Assembly (NCBI GenBank): GCA_034421955.1
Contig: DAOUJZ010000075.1
Coordinates: forward strand, 7,683 to 71,682
Length of the DNA stretch: 64,000 bases
Source of the DNA: Dehalococcoidia bacterium
GTDB lineage: Bacteria > Chloroflexota > Dehalococcoidia > Lucifugimonadales > CATOSD01
Reading direction: 5' to 3'
The stretch's first letter is position 1. Every line of letters starts with the position of its first letter. Made by a program: the position numbers and the translations under genes. The notes under the pieces were generated by a model, which did no database searches, was not told the origin of the DNA, and saw nothing but the letters and a program-made list of their open reading frames with translations. Positions 1-9,132 of this stretch are shown piece after piece.

Positions 1-747
1 CACCAGCGCGTCGCGGGCCACGACGGACGGGTCGGACGAGCTCACGAGGAATGCGGTGGGCTTCATCAGGGCCAGCATCTCCGCGCCCAGCAACCCGCGA
101 GTCTCAGGGGTGGCCGGCGCGTGGACGCAGACGAAGTCCGCCCCCGCCATCAGCTCGCCCAACCCGAGCATACGCACGCCCGTAGGTGGGTCGTCCGCGT
201 AAGGATCGTAGGCGGTGACCCCCATCCCCAGTGCGGCGCAGGCGCGCGTGAGCTCTCGCCCAACCGCCCCCAGCCCCACGATGCCGACGGTCTTTCCGCC
301 GAGCTCGGTGCCGCGCATGGAAGTGTAAGGTTCGGCTGGATTGAGCCAGTGCCCCCCGGCCACGTACTCGTGCCCCTCGACGATGCGGCGCGCCAGTGTC
401 AGCATCAGCCCCAGCGTGTGCTCAGCGACTGCCCGGGCGTTCCGGCCCGGCGTGTTGACCACCAGCACGCTATGCCGCGTCGCCGCCTCCACGTCCACGC
501 TGCCTACGGAGCCACGGCACACGCCCACGAATCGCAGCCGGGGCGCACACTCGAACACCTCGTTAAATACGAAGTCCGATTCCACCACCAGGCAGCCTAC
601 GCCATCGCGGCTGATACGCTTGGCCAGCTCGTCCGGCGCGTGTAGCCGGCGCGTGTCGAGCCAGCTCTCGTGGACAACGCGGGCGTGGGCGCGCAGGCGC
701 TCCAGCGCGGACGCGCTGAACGGCGCAAGGATGAGAACGCGGCGCAT
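1..747 (-). CDS. D-isomer-specific 2-hydroxyacid dehydrogenase family protein (C-terminus runs off the window start)
   Basis: My own reverse-strand translation from the ATG at 745-747 gives MRRVLILAPFSASALERL...GKTVGIVGLGAVGRELTRACAALGMGVTAYDPY. It has a GxGxxG Rossmann motif and PGDH-like layout. It is absent from the ORF track because no stop lies in the window. Confidence 0.75.
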   Translation of the reverse strand, partial: MRRVLILAPFSASALERLRAHARVVHESWLDTRRLHAPDELAKRISRDGVGCLVVESDFVFNEVFECAPRLRFVGVCRGSVGSVDVEAATRHSVLVVNTPGRNARAVAEHTLGLMLTLARRIVEGHEYVAGGHWLNPAEPYTSMRGTELGGKTVGIVGLGAVGRELTRACAALGMGVTAYDPYADDPPTGVRMLGLGELMAGADFVCVHAPATPETRGLLGAEMLALMKPTAFLVSSSDPSVVARDALV

Positions 748-784
748 GGGCGAAACGGATGTTGCGGGCATGGCCTTCGGGGGC

Positions 785-1669
785 CTACCGTCGGGCGCCG
801 ATTCCCAGCAGCGGCGGCAAGCCGTGGGCGAGCCACAGTCTGGCGGTGATGGCCAGCTTCTCGCCGGTGCTCAGACCGACGCGCTCCCCGAACACGTCGA
901 ACCCGCGCTGCTCGATGCGGTCCAGCACCGCGCTGTAGATGCCGTCCAGCACCATCGGGAAAACGCGCGCCTCGCGGGCCAGCAGCGGAAACAGCCGCCG
1001 TCCTCGCTCGAAGTAGCGGCGCGCCCTGTCGATCTCGAACTTCATCAGGCTGCGAAATGCCTCGTTGTAAGCGGCGCCCCTCAGCTCCGCCTCGGTGTAT
1101 CCGTGCGCCCTCAGATCGCTGAGTGGAATATAGATGCGCTCCCGCTCGGCGTCCTCACGGACGTCCCGCAGGATGTTGGTGAGCTGCATGGCCACGCCGA
1201 GGTCTACCGCGTACTCTCTGGCCCTCTGGTCGGTGTAGCCGGTAATCTCGATGCAGATGAGTCCGATGACCGATGCCACTCTGTAGCAGTAGTCGTTGAG
1301 CTCGTCGAACGACTCATAGCGTGTCATGGTCAGGTCCATCTCCACGCCGTCTATGACGGTCTCGTAGTATTCGTAGGGTACCCGAAACGCCTGTGAGGCG
1401 TGGTGTAGGGCGACGAAGACCGGACCGTCAGGGCGTCCGCTCCGGCACCGGGCGAGCGACTGCCTCAGTTCGGAAAGCAGCCTGGTCTTTTCGCTGAGGG
1501 CCATGTCCTCGTCGGCCACGTCGTCGCAGTATCGGCAGAAGGCGTAGGCGGCGTAGATGGCGCGGCGCTTGGGGCCTGGCAGCGTGCGAAAGGCGTAGTA
1601 GAAGTTCTTCGCGCGGCGCTTGGATATGCGGCGACAGTACTCGTAGGCCAGTTCAATCTCGGTTGCCAT
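785..1669 (-). CDS. squalene/phytoene synthase family protein (HpnD/CrtB-like head-to-head prenyl synthase)
   Basis: 294 aa. Motifs AKNFYYAFRTLP, YAFCRYCDDVAD and MQLTNILRDVRED (two Asp-rich boxes). Overlaps the shc stop by 17 nt on the same strand. Confidence 0.8.
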   Translation of the reverse strand: MATEIELAYEYCRRISKRRAKNFYYAFRTLPGPKRRAIYAAYAFCRYCDDVADEDMALSEKTRLLSELRQSLARCRSGRPDGPVFVALHHASQAFRVPYEYYETVIDGVEMDLTMTRYESFDELNDYCYRVASVIGLICIEITGYTDQRAREYAVDLGVAMQLTNILRDVREDAERERIYIPLSDLRAHGYTEAELRGAAYNEAFRSLMKFEIDRARRYFERGRRLFPLLAREARVFPMVLDGIYSAVLDRIEQRGFDVFGERVGLSTGEKLAITARLWLAHGLPPLLGIGARR

Positions 1670-3770
1670 TGACGCCTCCGAGCAGAAGCGTTTGCAGCGT
1701 TTTTCGCCTCATGCGTCTGGGCTGAACGTACAGCTTGCTGCGCAGACTCGCCTGGCGCGTGTCCGCGCCCTCACCGGAAAGGGACTCGCGATATCTGCCC
1801 AGGGCCATGAGCGGCCAGTATATGCGGTACATGTGATACTTTATCATGAAGCCTTCGGGCAATCCCTCGCCCTGGTAGCCCTGTTCGCCGGGTTGCAGGT
1901 AACGGCCCAGCCGCTGTCCAATACCATAGCCCGGGAAGCCCGTGCCGGTGAAGTAGGGTTCGTCCCACGCGCCGTCGACGTGTTGCGTGCGCATCAGAAA
2001 GTCGGCTCCGCGCGCCGCGGCCGGATGCGCGCCTTCCCCCGCGGCCAGCAGCGCGATGAGCGCCCAGGCGGTCTGCGACGCGGTGCTGGGCCCCCGGCCC
2101 CTGTGGGCGGGGCCTACGTATGAGGCGCAGCTTTCGCCCCAGCCGCCATCGGCGTTCTGACGCTCGATCAGCCACGCAACCGCCCGGCGCACCTGCGGCG
2201 CGCGCGTGTCCACGCCCAGCGCCTCCAGCGCGGGCAATACGGCGGCGGTGCCGTAGATGTAGTTTACGCCCCAACGCCCGAACCAGGCCCCGTCGTCCTC
2301 CTGCTCAGACATCACGTAGTCGAGCGCCCTGGCGACCGCGCTGTGGCTGCTGTCGTAGCCCAGCCGCCCCAGCATCTCCAGAATGTGCGCCGTGACGTCC
2401 ACGCTCGGCGGGTCTATGGTCTCGCCGAAGTCCGCGAAGGGTATCTTCGCCAGCAGCAGGTTGGTGTTGTCCTTGTCGAACGCGCCCCAACCGCCGTTGC
2501 TGCTCTGCATGCCCAGCAGCCAGCGGACGGCCCTGTCTATAGCCGCCTGCATGTGAGACTCAGTGGGCAGACGCATGCGGCTCAGGGCGATGACTATCTC
2601 GGAGGTGTCGTCGATGTCGGGGTAGTTGTCGTTTTCGAACTCGAACGCCCAACCGCCGGGGGGCACCGAGCCGGCCTTGACCTGCCAGTCGCCGCCCGTA
2701 AGCACCTGCCGGCCAAGCAGCCACTGTCCCGCCCTGACGAGCGCGGGGTGGTCCGGCGCGGCGCCGGCGTCCAGTAGGGCGATGACGGCGAGGCAGGTGT
2801 CCCACACGGGGGACACGCACGCCTGGATGCGTAAGGTGTCGTCCTCTTCGATGGCGAAGCGGTCGAATCCCTTCAGTCCCCGGGCGATGACGGGGTGTTC
2901 GAGCGGATAGCCCAGCGTGTGCAGCGCCATGAGGGAGTAAACCCACGGGGGCTGGATGCCGCCCCAGCTGCCGTCGGACTCCTGGCGCTCGACTATCCAC
3001 TGCTCGGCCTGGCGTACGGCCCGCGCCCTGGTGGGCTTCCAGGGCAGCCGTTCGACGGAACGCAGTCCGACGTCCGCGGCGTAGAAGAGGGTCTCCAGGC
3101 TGCGGAGCCGCTTGGGGCGCCGGATGGAGTAGTCGGTGCGGTCGCGCGGCAGCGGGTACAACTCGTCGACGCGCGCCCATTCGGGCACCGGCTTTACGGG
3201 ACGCCTGTCCTGCAAGATGAGCAGCGGGACGATGGTGCCCCTGGCCCAACTCGCGAAGTCGTAGATCGTAACTGGAAACCACGGCGGGGCGAGCATCAGT
3301 TCCGGGGGCATGACCGGCACGCCCTTCCACTCCCACTGACCGAAGAGGGCGAGCCAGATCTTGGTGAACACGCGGGCGTTGGGCACGCCGCCCCTGGCTA
3401 GAATGAACTCCCTGGCCCTGGTCATCATGGGATCGTCGGCGGGCACGCCGGTCATCTTGAGGGCGAAGTAGCACTCGGTGGAGGTGCTAAGGTCGCCCGG
3501 GGCGCCGTAGTACTGACCCCAGGTGCCGTCGCCTCGCTGGCGGCCGCGGATGTGGTTGGCCAGTTTGCGATGGCGCTCTTCGTCCACCGCGCCCAGGAAG
3601 TGTGTGAGCAGTATGTACTCGGCTTCCATGGAGGAGTTGGACTCCAGCTCGCCCCACCAGTAGCCTTCCGGGGACTGGCGGTTGAGCAAATGGCGTTGGG
3701 CGCGGTCTATAGCGTCTTCCAGCCGCGCGGCGGTGGCGCTCTGCCGATGGTTGTCGCTCACACTGGTCAT
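1653..3770 (-). CDS. shc: squalene-hopene cyclase
   Basis: 705 aa with repeated QW-type motifs (GGWG, DGSWGG), a DIDDTSE (DxDD) catalytic motif and typical length. Confidence 0.95.
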   Translation of the reverse strand: MTSVSDNHRQSATAARLEDAIDRAQRHLLNRQSPEGYWWGELESNSSMEAEYILLTHFLGAVDEERHRKLANHIRGRQRGDGTWGQYYGAPGDLSTSTECYFALKMTGVPADDPMMTRAREFILARGGVPNARVFTKIWLALFGQWEWKGVPVMPPELMLAPPWFPVTIYDFASWARGTIVPLLILQDRRPVKPVPEWARVDELYPLPRDRTDYSIRRPKRLRSLETLFYAADVGLRSVERLPWKPTRARAVRQAEQWIVERQESDGSWGGIQPPWVYSLMALHTLGYPLEHPVIARGLKGFDRFAIEEDDTLRIQACVSPVWDTCLAVIALLDAGAAPDHPALVRAGQWLLGRQVLTGGDWQVKAGSVPPGGWAFEFENDNYPDIDDTSEIVIALSRMRLPTESHMQAAIDRAVRWLLGMQSSNGGWGAFDKDNTNLLLAKIPFADFGETIDPPSVDVTAHILEMLGRLGYDSSHSAVARALDYVMSEQEDDGAWFGRWGVNYIYGTAAVLPALEALGVDTRAPQVRRAVAWLIERQNADGGWGESCASYVGPAHRGRGPSTASQTAWALIALLAAGEGAHPAAARGADFLMRTQHVDGAWDEPYFTGTGFPGYGIGQRLGRYLQPGEQGYQGEGLPEGFMIKYHMYRIYWPLMALGRYRESLSGEGADTRQASLRSKLYVQPRRMRRKTLQTLLLGGVNGNRD

Positions 3771-3792
3771 TAGGATGAACCCCGGCGGCGGC

Positions 3793-4524
3793 CTAGTTCC
3801 AGGGCTGGGAGTCCAGGTAGTCGGCCAGAGAACGCCGGGCCAGCTTCACCTGTGCCGACAGCCGCAGCAGCCCGCCCACGCGGTGCGGACGCCGCAGGGC
3901 GTAGCGCACAGCCCTGGCGCGAGCCGAGCCGGCGCCGGGGCGCATGGAGCCGGCCAGAAAGTCGGGCATGGCGTGGTCCATGGGGTCGAGCACGACTCGC
4001 ACCACCGCGTGCGGCACGTCGTGGGCGGCGGCGACGTCGGTGACCCAGTAACTCTCCAGGTCGATGACGCCGACTCGAAGCACTTTGCCCAGCCAGGCCT
4101 TCATCGGTGTGCTCTGCACGAACTGGGACACTGACACGCAGCCTATGGGCCGCGCGCCGTTTTTGGCGGTGGACGAGTCTCGACTCAGCAGCCGTTCGTT
4201 GGCGTTCTCCACCGCCCAGGACGCGGGAGGACCCTCCATGGACAGCACGCGGTCGCACACGAACACGTCGCCAGTGTCCAGGTCGGGACGCACGGCTCCG
4301 GCGAAGCCGGCCGACACGACCAGGCGCGGGCCGTAGTTTTCTACCAGGTGGCGGGTGGCTTCCGTGGCGCCGCGTTTGCCTACCGCGCCAAGCGCCAGCG
4401 CCGCGGCCGGTCCTCGCCGGGCGCGGTAGAACCGGTACGGCCCGTTGCGTTCCACCAGCCGAAACCGGCCGCGAGCGAGATACTCGGACACCTCTTCCTT
4501 GAAGGCAGCGACTATTCCCAACAC
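3793..4524 (-). CDS. hpnG: hopanoid-associated phosphorylase (nucleoside phosphorylase fold)
   Basis: 243 aa starting MLGIVAAFKEEV...LVVSAGFAGA. PNP/MTAN-like pattern, positioned between shc and hpnH. Confidence 0.7.
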   Translation of the reverse strand: MLGIVAAFKEEVSEYLARGRFRLVERNGPYRFYRARRGPAAALALGAVGKRGATEATRHLVENYGPRLVVSAGFAGAVRPDLDTGDVFVCDRVLSMEGPPASWAVENANERLLSRDSSTAKNGARPIGCVSVSQFVQSTPMKAWLGKVLRVGVIDLESYWVTDVAAAHDVPHAVVRVVLDPMDHAMPDFLAGSMRPGAGSARARAVRYALRRPHRVGGLLRLSAQVKLARRSLADYLDSQPWN

Positions 4525-4535
4525 GTTGCGTTACC

Positions 4536-5561
4536 TCAGCCCGCGCCCATGCCGGCATTCTTCAGCGCCCCGCCCTTGATCATCTTCAGCGCCTCCGGGG
4601 GGCTCTTGACGGCGCTGAAGACGGAAGCCGACTCGAATCCGCAGTGCATCATGCAGTTGGCGCAGCGCGGGTCCTTGCCCACGCCGTAGCGCTCCCAAAG
4701 GTCGTCGCTGAACAGGTCGTCCACGTTCTGCGTGTGTCTGTCGGCGAGCAGATAGCAAGGCTCGCGCCAGCCCATCACCGTGTACGTAGGATTGGACCAC
4801 GCCGTGCACTGGTATTCGCGCTCTCCGCGCAGGAAGTCCAGGTAGAGCGGGTTGTTGTAAAAGCGAATGTTCCGCCTGGGATCGAGAACGTTCTTGAATA
4901 TGGTCCTCGCCTTCTGGCGCGAGACGAACATCTGCTGGTCGGGCACGGCCTCGTACTTGTAGCCGGGCGACACCATGGCGCCCTCGACGCCCATCTCGGT
5001 AACCGTGGTGAACATCTCTATCAGGTCGTCCTCGTCGCAGCCGTTGAAGACCGTGGTGTTGGTTGTGACCCTGTAGCCCTGTTCGATGGCGGCCTCTATG
5101 GCGCTCATGGCTATGCGAAACACGCCCTTGCGGTAGACGGACCTGTCGTGCGCCTCCTCCATACCGTCCAGGTGCACCACGAAGCAGAAGTACTTGGACG
5201 GCGGGATCTTCTTCATGACGCGCTCCATGAGCAGCGCGTTGGTGCACATGTAGACGAACTTCTTGGTGGCGGTGATGCGGTTGACTATCTCGTCGATTTG
5301 CGGGTGAAGCGTGGGCTCGCCGCCGGCGATGGACACGATGGGCGCGCCCGACTGCTCCACGGCGTCCAGGCACTGCCGCACCGTGAGCATCGAGTTCAGC
5401 ACCGGCTCGTACTCCCTGATGCGACCGCACCCCACGCAAGCGAGGTTGCACTTTTCGAGCGGCTCCAGCATGGTTACCAGCGGAAAGCGCTTACGGCGCG
5501 CGGCGGTGTTTTTGAGAATGTGCCAGCCGAGCCTGACTGCCAGTTCGAGCGGTCTGGCCAT
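4536..5561 (-). CDS. hpnH: radical SAM adenosyl-hopene transferase
   Basis: CNLACVGCGRI radical-SAM CxxxCxxC motif. I place the start at the internal MARPLELAV (ATG 5559-5561). The upstream 128 codons of the track ORF are Arg/Gly-rich and overlap the next gene. Confidence 0.85.
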   Translation of the reverse strand: MARPLELAVRLGWHILKNTAARRKRFPLVTMLEPLEKCNLACVGCGRIREYEPVLNSMLTVRQCLDAVEQSGAPIVSIAGGEPTLHPQIDEIVNRITATKKFVYMCTNALLMERVMKKIPPSKYFCFVVHLDGMEEAHDRSVYRKGVFRIAMSAIEAAIEQGYRVTTNTTVFNGCDEDDLIEMFTTVTEMGVEGAMVSPGYKYEAVPDQQMFVSRQKARTIFKNVLDPRRNIRFYNNPLYLDFLRGEREYQCTAWSNPTYTVMGWREPCYLLADRHTQNVDDLFSDDLWERYGVGKDPRCANCMMHCGFESASVFSAVKSPPEALKMIKGGALKNAGMGAG

Positions 5562-5583
5562 GAATGCACCTCTTACGTTTTGT

Positions 5584-5608
5584 CCCTTCCCCCTCGATGG
5601 GGGTGGGG
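5584..5608. repeat. family-A hairpin element (degenerate copy)
   Basis: CCCTTCCCCCTCGATGGGGGTGGGG between hpnH and the polyprenyl synthase gene. Confidence 0.5.
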
Positions 5609-5614
5609 TGAACT

Positions 5615-6718
5615 CTATCTTTCCCTTTCGAGCAGGAACTTCACAAGCTCTTCTATCTCTTCCCGCACGCCTGCCGCCATCTCGACGCCGGCCACGGCGT
5701 CGAGCGCCGAAGCGCAGTGACGTGCCGCCAGCCGCTGCGCGTAGCCGCGCGCGTCGACCCGCTCCATCACGTCCAGCACCAGCGCGACGTCGCCGTCGTC
5801 GAGCTCGTCTTTGTCGTAGACGCGTTCGATCTCGCGCCTGTCCGCGCCGCCCGCCCTGGCCATGGTATACACGATCGGAAGGGAGTTCTTCTTGCGGCGA
5901 ATGTCGGCGCCCACCGGCTTGCCGGTGGTCTGTTCCTCTCCCCACACGCCCAGGGAATCGTCCCTAATCTGAAAGGCGTACCCTACAGACCGCCCAAACG
6001 AACGGAAAGCCCGGATCATATCCGCGTCGGTGGTGCCGATGGCGACGCCCATGTCCAGCGAGCATCGGATAAGCGCGCCCGTCTTCTTCGAGATCATTAC
6101 CAAGTAGTCGTCGATAGCTATGTCGCGCCGGCCCTCGTAGGAGATGTCCAGCCACTGGCCCTCGATCATTTCCAGGTAGGCGCCGGTCAGCATCCTGGTT
6201 ATGCCGAGAGCCTGTCCGTAGTCCGCGCCGCCGTCGAGCAGCCGCTCGAGCGCCCTGTCCGCCACCACCCTGAGCACGTTGCCGGCCTGCAGGGCCCTGG
6301 GCACGTCCCAGGCGGCCCAGAGGGTAAGCCTGTGATGGCGCGTCTCGTCCTCGTCCTGTATGTCGTCGTGTACGAGCGAGAAATTGTGAATGAACTCTAA
6401 GGCGACGGCCGCGGGCAATGCTCTGTCGACGGAGCCGCCCACGGCCTCGCAGCCGAAAAGGCAAAGCGTAGGGCGAAGCGCCTTTCCCTGTGTGGCCTCG
6501 CAGGGGTTGCCGTCCACGTCCACCCAGCCCATGTAGTAGCGCAGCATATCGTACACGGGAATGTCACCGCACGACAGGTCGGCGCGCAGGGCGCCGGCTA
6601 TGTTGGCCCTGTACCTCTGGAACATCGCCGGGAGTCGATCTGCGCCCGCGTCGGCTTCGCGGATGGAGCTGGTCATATCAACGCCTCGAACCGTGGGCGG
6701 CCCAGTACGCCGGGGCAT
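5615..6718 (-). CDS. polyprenyl diphosphate synthase (FPP/GGPP synthase family)
   Basis: LVHDDIQDED (first DDxxD) and FQIRDDSLGVWG (second Asp-rich motif). The start may be an internal Met. Confidence 0.85.
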   Translation of the reverse strand: MPRRTGPPTVRGVDMTSSIREADAGADRLPAMFQRYRANIAGALRADLSCGDIPVYDMLRYYMGWVDVDGNPCEATQGKALRPTLCLFGCEAVGGSVDRALPAAVALEFIHNFSLVHDDIQDEDETRHHRLTLWAAWDVPRALQAGNVLRVVADRALERLLDGGADYGQALGITRMLTGAYLEMIEGQWLDISYEGRRDIAIDDYLVMISKKTGALIRCSLDMGVAIGTTDADMIRAFRSFGRSVGYAFQIRDDSLGVWGEEQTTGKPVGADIRRKKNSLPIVYTMARAGGADRREIERVYDKDELDDGDVALVLDVMERVDARGYAQRLAARHCASALDAVAGVEMAAGVREEIEELVKFLLERER

Positions 6719-6795
6719 CGGAAAACGGGTTTAGGTCGGAGATTTTCCGTACGAATGCTAGCACTGGGCTACGACTTCGTCAATTGCCTGGGGTT

Positions 6796-6852
6796 AGATT
6801 CCTCGGCTGCGCTCGGAATGGACAGAGTCGGGGTGCATTGCGCTCGGAATGG
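6796..6852. repeat. family-B element GATTCCTCGGCTGCGCTCGGAATGG plus partial second copy
   Basis: 6796-6821 is near-identical to 54334-54359. A partial copy ATTGCGCTCGGAATGG lies at 6837-6852. Confidence 0.7.
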
Positions 6853-7002
6853 AAGGGTCTTTGGGCGCGGCTCTCCGAAAAATCTGCACAATTCTGCTAC
6901 ATTCCGCCCATTTCGTAGCTGGGCGGCCCAATGTTCTTGTCACTTTTGTGAGCCAAGTTGTTAAGGTTCGTCACGCGCATTGCGCCGAATGTGGCAGAAC
7001 GG

Positions 7003-7062
7003 GACCCGTTCGGCAGGCTCGTCTCCCATCTTCACCCCCATCCTGACCCATTCGGCAGGCTC
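7003..7062. repeat. 18-bp direct repeat GACCCRTTCGGCAGGCTC x2 flanking a family-A left-arm fragment
   Basis: Copies at 7003-7020 and 7045-7062 with one mismatch. CACCCCCATCCTGACCC lies between them. Confidence 0.7.
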
Positions 7063-7153
7063 CGCCCCTACTCGCCAGCCGGCGGCCGCGGTGCCTGTGT
7101 GGTAGAATGTAGCACGTGCGTGCTATAGAATCAATAGGGCTGGCGAAATTGTC

Positions 7154-7248
7154 GGGGTAGGCCGAATTTGTGGGGGGAAATGGCGCAGGCGTGGGGACGG
7201 GGCGGGGCGTGCGTGGGGCGTGGGTGGGGCAGGGATGGGGAACGGGTG
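7154..7248 (+). repeat. G-tract cluster (potential G-quadruplex-forming region)
   Basis: At least eight runs of four or more G within 7172-7240, read directly, plus flanking GGG/GGGG runs. Confidence 0.6.
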
Positions 7249-7362
7249 GCGCAGGAAAGTGACGGTTTTTTCGGGGTACGTGGGCGCGAATGGGGCGAAA
7301 CGAGGACTCAGGATGCCTGGCACGCAGGTCTTGCCATGTTTGCCGCGCGTGTCGGCGCCTCG

Positions 7363-7755
7363 TCAGTCCAGTAGCCGCTCCAGCCTGGATACGAATTGCT
7401 CTGTGCGGTCCAGGTGGTAGGCGACCATGTCGGCGTCGAACTCACTCTCGTAGAAGTTGACGTGAAGGCCGTTTGGCGACATGAACAGGGCGTGGACTTC
7501 CGGGTCTCCGGCTTCGTTGGAGAGATCTCTGACGACGGCGAACAGGAGCCGGTGTTGGTCGTGGGGCCAGCCGCGCTGGTGGGCGGCGGCCTTGACCATC
7601 TGGGCCGCCGCGCCCCATCCCTTCTCCGACGCCTGGCGCAGGTCGCCCGCGGCCAGCTCCGCGCGGGCCTGGCGCAGCAGTCGGCGTCCGACGTCCTGGT
7701 ACGTTTCGGTGGGTGTCCCCATTGCCCTCTCGCTTTCGCGGCCATCATAGCACAC
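7363..7755 (-). CDS. PaREP1-like (HEPN-superfamily-related) small helical protein
   Basis: GDLRQASEKGWGAAAQMVKAAA...LHVNFYE matches my recollection of the PaREP1 signature. The likely start is the internal MGTPTETYQ. Confidence 0.45.
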   Translation of the reverse strand: MCYDGRESERAMGTPTETYQDVGRRLLRQARAELAAGDLRQASEKGWGAAAQMVKAAAHQRGWPHDQHRLLFAVVRDLSNEAGDPEVHALFMSPNGLHVNFYESEFDADMVAYHLDRTEQFVSRLERLLD

Positions 7756-7815
7756 GCGGGGTACGTGAGAACTTGAAGCCTGCCCCGTACTCGATACGGG
7801 GATGGAGGTAAAGGG

Positions 7816-8718
7816 CTACTGAGTCCTCCCGCCCACCGCCTCGCGGAGGGTGCGCCACGACTGGGCCACGATGCCGGGGTTGGTGCGCAGGTAGTAAGGC
7901 AGCGCTATCAGCGATCCGGAGAGCGCCCAGCCGCGCGCCCGAAGCCAGGCGTCGTCGTCGACGGACAGCGCGTCGCGGAGCACGCGGCGGGAAGGCGCGT
8001 CCAGAAAATTCCACGCCACCGTGAGGTCGCAGGCGGGGTCGCCGACGGTGAGCATGTTGAAGTCGATCACCGCGCTCAGGCGTCCGTCTCGCACTATGAG
8101 GTTGCCGGGCGTGAGGTCGGTGTGGATGCAGACGGGCTCGCCGTCGTAGGGGGGCGCGTCCAGGGATGCCTGCCAGGCGGCGGTAACGGTGTCGGCGTCT
8201 ACCAGGTTCCCCAGCGCGGCGATGGCGGCACGGGTCTCGGCGTCGCGGTCGGCGAGCGGACCGCCGCGTCCTCCCGGGACCGCCGGCGGCGTGTCGCGCG
8301 CGGGCACGGCGCGTAGCGCGCGGATGAACGACGCCAAGTTGAGCGCTGCCTCCGCGAGGTCGTCGACGGCGACGTCGAGCGCGCTGTCGCCCTCCAGCCA
8401 GCGATAGACGGCCCAGGGCCAGGGGTACCCCAGCGCGGGCGTGCCCTTGCGCAGCGGCGTCGGCACGGCCAGCGGGAGATAGGGGGCCAGCCGGGGGAGC
8501 CACTCGAACTCCTTGTCCGCCTGTCCAACGGCCCAGTGGATGCGTGGCAGCCGCGCGACCAGCTCGTCGCCGAGCCGGAAGATGGCGTTGTCCGTACCGG
8601 AGTGCCGCACGCGCTCGACGGGCAGGTTTCGCCATTGCGGGAACTGGGCCGCGACCAGCCGTGCCGCCAGGGCCTCGTCCGCGAGAATCTCGTCCGCGTG
8701 CATTCTGCGTTGCGCCAT
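7816..8718 (-). CDS. aminoglycoside/choline-kinase-type phosphotransferase (APH family)
   Basis: IHTDLTPGNLIV...IDFN catalytic and Mg-binding motifs. Start placed at MAQRRMHADE (ATG 8716-8718; 8703 is also possible). The longer track ORF begins at a GTG at 8850. Confidence 0.8.
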   Translation of the reverse strand: MAQRRMHADEILADEALAARLVAAQFPQWRNLPVERVRHSGTDNAIFRLGDELVARLPRIHWAVGQADKEFEWLPRLAPYLPLAVPTPLRKGTPALGYPWPWAVYRWLEGDSALDVAVDDLAEAALNLASFIRALRAVPARDTPPAVPGGRGGPLADRDAETRAAIAALGNLVDADTVTAAWQASLDAPPYDGEPVCIHTDLTPGNLIVRDGRLSAVIDFNMLTVGDPACDLTVAWNFLDAPSRRVLRDALSVDDDAWLRARGWALSGSLIALPYYLRTNPGIVAQSWRTLREAVGGRTQ

Positions 8719-8892
8719 TTGCCCTCTCGCCCGTCCGGGGAGTCTGCTCCAAGCATACACGGCCGCGGTTGGGAATTTGACACCCCTATAGGCCACACTT
8801 AGAATGCTTTCACTGTCGATCACAGATACGAATTCCCGCTTTTTTGCCACAATCCACTACTCCCACCGGTGGGAACGGAGGCCTGCACTACC

Positions 8893-9132
8893 ATGTCAAC
8901 CAAGGCGTACATACTCATAGAAACGGCCGTGGGCAAGTCCAGGAGCGTGGGCGAGTCCCTGCGCGAGCTCGACGGCGTTCGCAACGTGGACGCCGTAACC
9001 GGCCCGTTCGACATCATCGCGGTCGTCGAGGCGCCGGACCTCAATGCCGTGGGCGACCTGGTCACGAGCCAGGTCCACACCATCAATGGGATAGTTCGCA
9101 CGGTAACCTGCCTCGCCGTCGGCAGCGACTAG
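8893..9132 (+). CDS. stand-alone Lrp/AsnC ligand-binding (RAM) domain protein
   Basis: MSTKAYILIETAVGKS...VDAVTGPFDIIAVVEAPD...VRTVTCLAV, a typical about 80-aa RAM domain. Confidence 0.7.
   Translation: MSTKAYILIETAVGKSRSVGESLRELDGVRNVDAVTGPFDIIAVVEAPDLNAVGDLVTSQVHTINGIVRTVTCLAVGSD

Noticed and set aside
5562-5945. N-terminal 128-codon extension of the hpnH ORF, with similar extensions for proC, the pdxA-like gene, leuD, nrdR, the LLM gene, the TPP enzyme and birA
   Set aside because: The extensions are Arg/Gly-rich, overlap neighbouring genes or repeat elements, and are followed by internal Met/Val codons that match the usual N-termini of the families. The shorter gene models were used instead.
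7123-7420. Short ORFs (66-68 aa) overlapping the G-tract region
   Set aside because: Their translations are Gly/Trp/Arg or Pro-rich low-complexity strings dictated by the G/C runs. There is no start context or motif.
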